64,000 nucleotides of DNA. Source: an uncultured virus (IMG/VR IMGVR_UViG_3300020577_004566) (taxonomy: Duplodnaviria; Heunggongvirae; Uroviricota; Caudoviricetes). Positions 49,978 to 58,578 of the stretch are shown piece after piece. The notes beneath the pieces were generated by a model. That model was not told the DNA's origin, did no database searches, and worked only from the letters and a program-made list of their open reading frames with translations. The stretch's first letter is position 1. Each line of letters opens with the position of its first letter. The translations under genes and the position numbers were made by a program. Location of the stretch: the IMG/VR virus record IMGVR_UViG_3300020577_004566, one strand, 5' to 3'.

Positions 49978-50190
49978 TCAAGCGTTAAAGGGGTCACTGC
50001 CTTCGGAGCAGAAGCTTTCTTCGCCATAATCCACCTCCAGTTCACTCCTGACTATATCAACGCTGGCAGGAGCAATCAGCCCGATTCTCGCCTTGTTGTC
50101 GTTGTGACTAACAAGCACGATAGAAACCTCTTCACCGCTGGGGAGATAAAGCTTTATCTCTTCCCCTCTCTTCCTTGACAGTACGAGCAT
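49978..50190 (-). CDS. csrA: Carbon storage regulator CsrA/RsmA homolog
   Basis: MLVLSRKRGEEI...ARIGLIAPASVDIVRSEL. Confidence 0.92.
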   Translation of the reverse strand: MLVLSRKRGEEIKLYLPSGEEVSIVLVSHNDNKARIGLIAPASVDIVRSELEVDYGEESFCSEGSDPFNA

Positions 50191-50235
50191 AGCAACCTCC
50201 GTGTTTACTATTAGCCTCCGTAGAGGCTAATTACT

Positions 50236-50775
50236 TCATACCATGCTCCACTTAGAAAACGCAGACTTGTCGGCCACGTACAAAGGATGCTTCGGCATGC
50301 CGTCCTTATTGATGCCAAGACACAGCATTTCGCGCTTATACTTTCCGGCCAGATTGGCGACACGACGGGCCAGAAGTTTGACTAGAGGATGTTTACAGCT
50401 TCCCCATGCAACAAAGATGTTGCCGTGATTCTTTACAGCCCATTCAACTGCATGATAGTTATCAGGGCCTACCGGCTCTGGGTGAGCAAATAACATAGCC
50501 GGATCAGTGGAGCGAATCCCAAACAGATTGACGATGATAGTGGCCGGACAGTTGAGACGTCTGGAAAACTTCTGGCACTTGCGTACTGTAGGATCGTCTT
50601 GATGCTCAGTAGCCGTCGACGGGTTGAGCATAATCCAAACGCAAGTATCCTTGAACGTTGGTGCCATCACCGCCGACTTTATCAAGTAATAGCGGTACGT
50701 CTTGCACTCGGAAAATCGAGCTGATGCTTCGATTATGTCAGGAAGGTTTTTCATCGACTTCATAAGGCTCACCAC
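50236..50775 (-). CDS. DUF1643-like protein
   Basis: IMLNPSTA...DDPTVRKC, NLF..RSTDP, AWG, PKHPLY. Confidence 0.88.
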   Translation of the reverse strand: MVSLMKSMKNLPDIIEASARFSECKTYRYYLIKSAVMAPTFKDTCVWIMLNPSTATEHQDDPTVRKCQKFSRRLNCPATIIVNLFGIRSTDPAMLFAHPEPVGPDNYHAVEWAVKNHGNIFVAWGSCKHPLVKLLARRVANLAGKYKREMLCLGINKDGMPKHPLYVADKSAFSKWSMV

Positions 50776-51004
50776 AAGCTTTCAGGTAACATCCATGATA
50801 CAAAATGAATCATGAAACGGCTAGACTCCACTTTCCTTTATCGGGATATCGCACCATGCCTTGATATCCATACGATAGATAGCGCGTTCCTTTTCTGCCT
50901 CCAGGGACAGCTCATTGTCGAGAGCGGAATAGAACCATTCACCAGCCATCCTTTCACCGAAGACAGCTATTCCCTGATCATCATGCGCGTTTCCCGATGC
51001 CATT

Positions 51005-51736
51005 TCATTTCTCCTTGTTGAGTTTGGCGATTGCCTTTTTCAGAACTTCAAGCTCTTTTTCGTGCGAATTGTGCATGTATTCAAGCGATTCCTTCACGCC
51101 CCTGCCAAGCATGATCTTGACAGCTTCCCCGATGCGCGGAAGGTCAAAAGTCTCTACACGAAGCCCGGTAGCGTCCTCGAATCTTTTGACGTCCGATATT
51201 AGTGCGTTCAACTGCTTTTGATAGTTCTCTGCGTGCCGCCTAGCACTATCTGCCCCGCGCTGATACGCGGCTTCCTCAGCTTCTCTTCTGGCCGTGTCTA
51301 TAACATCCTGGAGTCCGCCTTTTTTGTTTCCAGTACGCAGTAGGGACGCAAGGAAGCCGCGATCTATGGGGCTAGGAGTCAGGATTGGCGGGGCCTTCAT
51401 GGTCTTGAGGCGACCATTCTTTGCGGCCAGCCATCCCCATGCAGCGGGAATCTCACTGATATCGGCAACTCCTTCGGTAGCAGTTACCAGATACCAGTGA
51501 TCGCAATATTTCTGAATCGCCATTGATTTCTCTGGCGTCCTAAGCTCTTTGATCCAATCGCCCCGGCCCGCTTTAAGCTCAAATCCGGTAATAGTCAATC
51601 CACGAGAAGGCCAGCAGCCAACCGCTATGGCATCTGCTGACCTACTCTTTCCTGCTCCTGTTGCGTTAGCCACCTCAGTCACGAGAGTGTAGGCAGGAGA
51701 AGGAAACATCTTGGCAAGTAAATTGAGAAGGCTCAT
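51005..51736 (-). CDS. MmcB-like PD-(D/E)XK protein
   Basis: EV...ADAIA...GFELK..RGDW.KEL..PEK...CDHWYLV. Confidence 0.65.
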   Translation of the reverse strand: MSLLNLLAKMFPSPAYTLVTEVANATGAGKSRSADAIAVGCWPSRGLTITGFELKAGRGDWIKELRTPEKSMAIQKYCDHWYLVTATEGVADISEIPAAWGWLAAKNGRLKTMKAPPILTPSPIDRGFLASLLRTGNKKGGLQDVIDTARREAEEAAYQRGADSARRHAENYQKQLNALISDVKRFEDATGLRVETFDLPRIGEAVKIMLGRGVKESLEYMHNSHEKELEVLKKAIAKLNKEK

Positions 51737-51999
51737 ACCGTCCCCGTTACGCTAACGTCAGCCAATGGATAGTCATGCTCAAGTAGCACGCGACTGATTC
51801 CGGGGCGAAGATTGGAAGGGTTCTCGCGGAAGATGATATCAGTATCATCCTCGTTGAAATCGTAGAACGCATTGCCGTAAAGCATCATGCGCAGCTCAAT
51901 CGCTGGCCTCCTCCGCTTCAGGGTCTCCAATTGGCGTGCCGTGAACTTCAAGTTGCTTCGGTTCTTCATGAGTCACCGTTCCATCAGGCCTTAACCTCT

Positions 52000-52839
52000 C
52001 TAGTAGTTCATCCAAACAGCTTCGATCATCCGCCGCTTGCTCTTTCCGCCTGCAGCGTTGTTCGGAACGTCAAAGTATCTGGCACGCCACTTACGCTTCT
52101 TTGCATAGCTATCATACAAGGCTGATCTATACCCTGACAGTATGAACTTGCCTTTTATCTTGCATAGGGCTTCAAGTAGCTCCTCGTGATCCTCATAGCT
52201 CATCTCATGCTCACCGTACACATCTTTAGCCGTGCGAGTGTTCGGCAAGTAAGTAGGATCGAGATAGAAAAGCGTTTTCTTGCCGTCTTGGCTCTTAATG
52301 ACGTTCAGCGCCTTGTCACACAGTAATAGAACCCGCTTCATTCTGGCGTGGACTTCCGGCAACCCTTCGATACCAGTAAGCCATGCACTAACCTGCTCAT
52401 TCATGCCGCGCCGCGTTCGCGTCCTGGACACCGGCGTAAACGACTTCATTCGCCCGGCCATTGACTGACGACACAGGATAAAGAATCTCCATGCCTCCGC
52501 AACAGAGTAAGAGACAATTCCTTTAGTCCGAGTCTTGAAATCTTCAACCGACTTACCCCACTCCGAAGATGATACCGGCGTAGCTTCGCACAGCCTCTTG
52601 AGAGATTGCAATGATGCTTCGCCCTGGATAACCGTCCAGAAGTTCATCAAGAAGCCGTTCGTATCGTTGGCGACCTCGCTGACACCTTCAGGATTAGCCG
52701 CCAGTAAAACACTCAGCCCACCGGCGTACGGCTCTACGTAGTGCGTATACTTCTTGGGAAACAGTTTTACTATCTCTTGAGCAAGATAGAACTTGCCACC
52801 GTGATACTTGATCGGATTCGGAACGCGCTTCGCTGCCAT
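52000..52839 (-). CDS. D12-class N6-adenine DNA methyltransferase (Dam-like)
   Basis: YHGGK, YVEPYAGG, FYLDPTY. Confidence 0.92.
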   Translation of the reverse strand: MAAKRVPNPIKYHGGKFYLAQEIVKLFPKKYTHYVEPYAGGLSVLLAANPEGVSEVANDTNGFLMNFWTVIQGEASLQSLKRLCEATPVSSSEWGKSVEDFKTRTKGIVSYSVAEAWRFFILCRQSMAGRMKSFTPVSRTRTRRGMNEQVSAWLTGIEGLPEVHARMKRVLLLCDKALNVIKSQDGKKTLFYLDPTYLPNTRTAKDVYGEHEMSYEDHEELLEALCKIKGKFILSGYRSALYDSYAKKRKWRARYFDVPNNAAGGKSKRRMIEAVWMNY

Positions 52840-52873
52840 GCTATCTCCTTGTCAATTAGCCTCCGTAGAGGCT

Positions 52874-54518
52874 CTAGCTCTTTCGCTTGCGGGTTTTTAG
52901 TTCGCCTTTGAGGCAGATTTCCCTGACCTTATCAACCATGTCCTCCATCGAGAACCGGTATTTGGTGATGAAATGCTTGATAAATGCAGCCGCAAGATAG
53001 CTAGCACCACGCATATCAATTGTCGGTATTATCTCGGTGTCAATGGTTTCAACAGCATCTCCCTCGCTGTCGTGGTCGCTAATAGAGCAGGCCACCGCAG
53101 CTATGAGCGCATCATTTCTCACAACGATAGCCCGCTGGCCGTCCTCAGTCATAGCTCTCTGCAGCATGCCCTTGGTGTCACCTGGATTGACTTCACCAAC
53201 GAACGTGGGTAGATAATCATGCCTGAATTGAGAACAGGCCGGACTCCATTCAGGTTGATTAAATGCATTTGTAACCATGACAATTGGATAGTCGCCAGAA
53301 GGAGGATTGGCGCGACAAAGACCGCCGACGTTGTGCATGCAATCTTGGCACGTCTTGTCTCTGTAGTCGCTCACTTCTTCTTCTTCTCCTTGGCGATCTC
53401 GGCACGCCATTTGGCCAGCTCAACCGGCGTCGGCTTGTCGTCGTCAGCAGTAAGCCACAGCTTACCAAGTTGGAGCGATTGCTTGCCTATTCCATGCTCT
53501 TTGGCACTAATCGCGTCGAATAGTCCTCGCATAAACATACGCCTGACCTCTTCGTATCTTCCAGCCGGAACACTGACCTTCCCAAGAGTTCTTATGTGGC
53601 CATCACAAAAGTCTCTCATGCCTCTAACGAGAACGTCATTGCCGACAGCACTTATCTCAGCGAACGCCTCATAGACATTAGCCATCACCAGCATCTGCAT
53701 GAGCACATCAAGCTTGGCAGTGTTTCCGTCAGCAAGCTTAACTATCGCTTTTCCAGACGGCTGACCAATAATTACATGGCCAACCGCAGCCCGAAAAATA
53801 GACAACAGCTCTTCGCATACTGCATTTATTCGGCCCTCCAAGGCCGTGGCTGGAACTTGCTGCCATATCACTTTCCCAGAGCCAGCAGGCATAGCATTTC
53901 CCTCCCCGTCCAACTGCATGAGCAGAGCCATGATTCATTTTGTATCATGGGATAGCGCTAAGTCTACCCCAAAAGCTGTCATTCGTTAGCAGGGTCGACT
54001 GTTTTTGGTAACTTAGGAACGTCACACCAACACTTGCCTGACTTTTCTGCTTTACTCTGGATCAGCTTTTTCATCTCGTCAATTTTGTACGCAGTGGTTA
54101 GAGTTGGGTACTCAATTGCCAGCCGCTCTTGCTCTTGCTCTGGGTACACGCAGTAATTTCCCCACGGTTCGTTGTCAAATTGCTGACGACATTTCAGGCA
54201 CTCACCACGACCAGTTAGTAGTCCACTGGTAAGATTTTGGTCACCAATCCGTTTGACCTCAGATTCATCAATGACTATATAGCTGTGTGGCTGAACCGCG
54301 AACACCCACTTACCGATGATGTGTTCTGGTAATCCAGCCTCAAATGCTAAAAGCATCCTTTGGATTTTATCTTGAGTCTTCACCGCTCCCCATCCTTTCT
54401 CCCGCTGTGCGGGGTGTTCACCGTGTTGCACCATCCACGCAGCTATATCGTCCGTTATGCCAGCCGCCTTCTCTATTTGAAACTGACTCACGGCGCTACC
54501 CTCCCATTCTCGCACCAC
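52874..54518 (-). CDS. Three hypothetical proteins (52874-53410, 53371-53931, 53979-54518)
   Basis: Contiguous minus-strand ORFs. Confidence 0.55.
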
Positions 54519-55216
54519 GATTGGTAAGTAATCGGGAACAGCTCCGCGAAGATAGCCTCAAGCTTTCTGGCAACCTCCTCGATCTCAGCTTGTGGATGAC
54601 TCACAAACTTGGCCGACTTGTCGTGAGTACGGAGCGATAGATAAGCCATGAGCGAACGCGCATTGCACGTACACCAACATTGGCTCATGATCGCTACGGG
54701 CAAGACTGATCTTGCCACTTCCTTGGCGACGTTAGCGGCCAGCATTCTTTCGTACGCTGCATAGCTCTGCTTATAAGAGTTGATCTGCTCCTCAACCACC
54801 ATCAAGTATATATTCCTCTCGGCTTGCACAAACTTGGGTTGAGTAGCCTTGTATCCAGGCTCCGGAACCATCGCACGGCTTTCGGGCACTACCCAAAACC
54901 TTGGCTCAAGCGCCTTGTAACGGCCTGACGTTTCGTTATAGCTCCACCCTATTCGGTGCCGATGGAACTCACGCCAAACGAAGATTGGCGCATCAACGCG
55001 GAAGGTCATGGAGTTATGTTCAAACGGAGTCCCGTGCCTATGTGACATTAGGAAGTTAATCAGCTTTATTTGATCGTATCTGCTTTTTAGCCTTTCTTCG
55101 GCATCGATTCCGCTTGCGGACACCCACGCGGCCCCGGCTATCGTAGAGTCGCTGCCTGCATGCTGGATCAGATTGACCGAACATTCTGAAACGAGGATGA
55201 TTGCTGACACTGGCAT
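54488..55216 (-). CDS. thyX: FAD-dependent thymidylate synthase
   Basis: HGTPFEH, REFHRHR..SYNETSGRY, KEVARSVLP, NARSLM. Confidence 0.96.
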   Translation of the reverse strand: MPVSAIILVSECSVNLIQHAGSDSTIAGAAWVSASGIDAEERLKSRYDQIKLINFLMSHRHGTPFEHNSMTFRVDAPIFVWREFHRHRIGWSYNETSGRYKALEPRFWVVPESRAMVPEPGYKATQPKFVQAERNIYLMVVEEQINSYKQSYAAYERMLAANVAKEVARSVLPVAIMSQCWCTCNARSLMAYLSLRTHDKSAKFVSHPQAEIEEVARKLEAIFAELFPITYQSWCENGRVAP

Positions 55217-55433
55217 TCTCCTTTTCTAGTTGCTTGATCTTGCGTTCCAGATACCATTTAGCCTTCTGCAGGTCTTCAACGGCAGCGTCTTTCTTGCCTG
55301 CCCTGGATATGTATTTGACTGCATTCCCAAGACAAAAATCGAGTTCCCACGCCTCAATGACTTTAATGGCTTCGTAGACAGTATCGCCGCCGTAATGAGC
55401 CGGATGATCGACCGATTCAACATGAGCCATCAA
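55056..55433 (-). CDS. DUF3310-like protein
   Basis: VDHPAHY...FCLGNAVKYISRAGKK...EDLQKAKWYL; start approximate. Confidence 0.85.
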   Translation of the reverse strand: MMAHVESVDHPAHYGGDTVYEAIKVIEAWELDFCLGNAVKYISRAGKKDAAVEDLQKAKWYLERKIKQLEKENASVSNHPRFRMFGQSDPACRQRLYDSRGRVGVRKRNRCRRKAKKQIRSNKAD

Positions 55434-56311
55434 GTCGTCGGCGTATTTCTTGAGTCTTTCGGCTCCACGCATGGCTGATTGTCTCCTGAAAAGATAGTGA
55501 CCGTGGTTTCAGTCACGATTTCATAAAAAGCTACACCGCCACCGTGGCAGTAATCGCATTCTGGATTAGGGTTGAATATCTGCGCTTTGTCGGCTGGCAA
55601 AATATAGTCTGTCAGCGCAGTACATATACATGCCCGCATCGCTCTTTCATGATTCACGTTCTTTTTGATAACTCTGCTCATCTGGTTGGTTCCTTATAAG
55701 TGAGGGTAATGACTGTCTGGACATTGCGGCCAACATCCCAAATTGGTTCAGTCTTCATGGTCATCAAAGCGCCATTGGCCGTAGCCGTTATAAGATCGCC
55801 TGCAAGCTTATTGATTGACTCAACTACTTTGGCTCTTTCGTTTTCGGCAAGCTTCTTTTTGTGGCTCTCCATCCAACAAGAAGCAGCTTCCAGGTATTCA
55901 CGCAAAGAAACGCTAGTTACATGAGGTTGCCCCTTCCACCAATTAAACTGTCCTGCAGTGCAAACAGTCCTTCCTATAGATGAAGTCGTAACATATTCAA
56001 AGAAAACATTGCCAGAATTGGTTATAACCCTTCTGTATTCCCGCGTCTGAGTATTAAGCCAGCACTCATCTAAGTCGCCGGGCCGATCTCGTTCATTGCC
56101 CAATCCATACCTACGCCAAAGCGCATCGTTGAAAGCTTTTTCGTTTGACAGATTCAAGGTTATCAACAGAGTATTCCACGCCTCCAGAAGAACAGACAAC
56201 CATCCCGAATTGTCTTTAGTCACCCATTCATAGGTTACTTCGTTGCCCTGAATGCCAAGGCAGCGGTAATGCGCTTCGCTGTCACTGGTTCGATAGTACA
56301 CGATCAGGCTC

Positions 56312-56950
56312 CTATTTGATCAGTTCCCAGAGTTCGTAGAAAGTCTGCATAAACATGGCCTTTGATCGCGCTGGCGTCCAAGGGCATATCTCTAGGAAGC
56401 CATACGCCGCATGGTCTTCACAGCCGATAATGTTGCCCTCGCCTGGAACGCCAAGGTACTTATCCTCAGTCTTGAGCAGACTCATATCCACTATATCCAG
56501 GTCTTTCTTGTATTCGGATTCATCAGGCAATCCGAATCGTCGCCGGAATAGATCGGTAATGTAGTCGTTGACTGCATTAAACGCTGGATTAGGCCCGATC
56601 ATCTTCATTGGCCTGGACAAATCGCCTGTGTACGCCTCTGGCCCGTCGTGCAATAGCGCTGCCAGCCTGTGTATTGGCAAGCCGGTCATCATCATCGATG
56701 CCAACACGCTATGCTGAGCAACTGAATAGAACTGCTTGATCCGTCCATCGAACCGGCATTGATTGGCTAAAGAATGAGCCACGTCAACAATATCAATATC
56801 GTCTGGCGTAGCACGGAGAAGGTAGAACTTCTTGCCCGAAGGATACATCTTCACCCAGATATCCTTGTTAAGCTTCAGGAACTCTTCTGTCGTCCACACT
56901 TCGCCGGTAAATGGCTTCCCTGGCAATGCGCTTGTATTAAGTTCACTCAC
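56312..56950 (-). CDS. HD-domain 5'-deoxynucleotidase-like hydrolase
   Basis: DVAHSLANQCRF.G...FYSVAQHSV...LLHDGPEAYTGD; start approximate. Confidence 0.88.
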   Translation of the reverse strand: MSELNTSALPGKPFTGEVWTTEEFLKLNKDIWVKMYPSGKKFYLLRATPDDIDIVDVAHSLANQCRFDGRIKQFYSVAQHSVLASMMMTGLPIHRLAALLHDGPEAYTGDLSRPMKMIGPNPAFNAVNDYITDLFRRRFGLPDESEYKKDLDIVDMSLLKTEDKYLGVPGEGNIIGCEDHAAYGFLEICPWTPARSKAMFMQTFYELWELIK

Positions 56951-58199
56951 TGCATGCTCCTGGATAAGTGTCCTCAAATCGCTCGTGCTGATCGCCGATC
57001 AATTTGATTTTCGAGAAGTTCTCACAACCCCTCATAGCCAGCCTCAACAGAATGTTATTTCCCGACCCCATCTGGTTGATCAGCCACCCAACGCAATGGG
57101 CGTCATGCGTCTCGTGACAAGCCATGATATACAGCGTGTCGCTCTGTATCTGCTCAGCAGCGTTGCCATTGGCAATAATGCTCTTTAGCCTGTCGATTGC
57201 TGCCGTGGTCACTGGCATCACTCCTCAATGATAATTTTACCCTTGGACTTTCCGTCTTTGTCGATTTCGGTCTTAACCATCTGCTTGCCATCATGGCCGA
57301 TGTATTCGAGAAACCCAAGGGTAGCGTCCAGCATCCATTCCCCGTAGGCATTATTGGGAAAGGATACCGCTGGCATGAACGGTACGTTTTTCGTAACCTT
57401 GTTCATGGTTCCATTGGCCACCGCAGACACCTGGACTAGCGCCATCTGCAGGACGCCCGCAAGGATGTTGCACTTTGCCGATTTAATCAGAGTATCGTAC
57501 CGTGCCTTCTGGCTTTCAGGATTCTGCAGGACTTCCCTGATATCAGCCGAATGCTTGAAGTCCTTCAGATTTACGGCCACGATATTCGCGTACTCTTCCA
57601 GGTAATCGACAACAGCCTTGTCGCCGACGACCTCTTTTGGCATTTTCTCCAATATCTCCACCAGCCAGCTCTTGGCTTCAGTCTTGTTAAGCTCCATTGC
57701 TATCTCCTGTTTTCTTGCGCCTTGGATGACCGCAAAGCGCTGCCAGTAAATGATCGGCCCTGACTATCGCTTCATCGGCTACCGCCTCGTATGTGCGGCC
57801 AAACTTATCGTCTGCAACCAGAGCCACATACACCTTGATTGCTATGTACGTCCTCAAGTCCATTCCAGGCTGAGGAGTCGTACACATGGTTTCGTTTGTC
57901 GGGAATGCTGGCATAGCGCCTAGCGCCTGTGGGTTCATGCAGTCACCTTGGATTTCAAAGGCTTACCAGTCTTTCCAAGAGTCGCCTGATACTATTCCTT
58001 GCATTTTTTCGACTTTCTTTGCTCCCATTCTTTAATCGCCTTTCGTGGACTGATCGTACACATAACAATCATATCCATACAACTACCGCACACTTCCCTG
58101 TCTCGCATCTTCGTGCAGCCGTCAAGTATTTCCTTAACGATCACACGAATTAGAGCGCCTTCACGTTTTGCCCGTTTCTGTCCAGGAGTCATAGTAGCC

Positions 58200-58529
58200 T
58201 CAATCATATTTGGTCATATTCTCCAGAGTGAGCGTTATTAGCCTCACTGGAGTTGTCTTGTATGCCGCCGCCAGCTCTACGATCACACTCAACTTGGGAC
58301 TCAGCTTGCCAGATTCCCACCAGCTAATTGTCTTCTGGTGCCCTGGAGAACGCTTGCCGAAGAATGAATCAGCTATATCCTGTTGAGACAGCCCACGCTT
58401 GGCCCGGAGAGCCACTAAAGCTAAGGCAAGGGCCATAGAAGCTATCTTCCCTTTGCCTGCCGCCTTGAGCCTTTTATGAGCTGCTGCAAGGCTTGCCTCA
58501 ATCAGGTCTTTTCTCTTCGGTGTTGACAT
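58200..58529 (-). CDS. XRE-family HTH transcriptional regulator
   Basis: LRAKRGLSQQDIA...TISWWESGKLSPKL; a motif-A copy lies 24 bp upstream of the start. Confidence 0.88.
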   Translation of the reverse strand: MSTPKRKDLIEASLAAAHKRLKAAGKGKIASMALALALVALRAKRGLSQQDIADSFFGKRSPGHQKTISWWESGKLSPKLSVIVELAAAYKTTPVRLITLTLENMTKYD

Positions 58530-58578
58530 TTACTCTCTCACATGAATAGATTAGCCTCCGTAGAGGCTTTCGGACTTG

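Larger units (their letters stand above)
1969..53949. promoter_or_regulatory. Dispersed palindrome motif B, CATGATWCA-N3-TGWATCATR, 7 copies (operator-like)
   Basis: 21-bp copies start at 1969, 8301, 14804, 38352, 40968, 50794, 53929. Confidence 0.88.
1705..58568. repeat. Dispersed palindrome motif A, AGCCTC-N4-GAGGCT, 18 copies
   Basis: 16-bp cores start at 1705, 6200, 8341, 9858, 11335, 16270, 19754, 22000, 26024, 29304, 34766, 38403, 41034, 46959, 48047 (one arm degenerate), 50213, 52858, 58553. Half-site at 3223. Confidence 0.95.

Noticed and set aside
54488..56977. ThyX plus HD hydrolase as a base-substitution (dZ-type) pathway
   Set aside because: No PurZ, MazZ, Que or Dpd-type gene and no DNA polymerase is visible in this window; both genes are common in phages.
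1705..58568. Motif A as a CRISPR array or integron attC set
   Set aside because: Copies are kilobases apart with no regular spacers, no cas or integrase gene is visible, and there are no GTTRRRY/RYYYAAC ends.
1705..58568. Motif A as simply a family of intrinsic terminators
   Set aside because: Only the 9858 copy has an extended stem with a U-rich tail. Several copies are inside genes or tightly coupled junctions, and stem mismatches are uncompensated.
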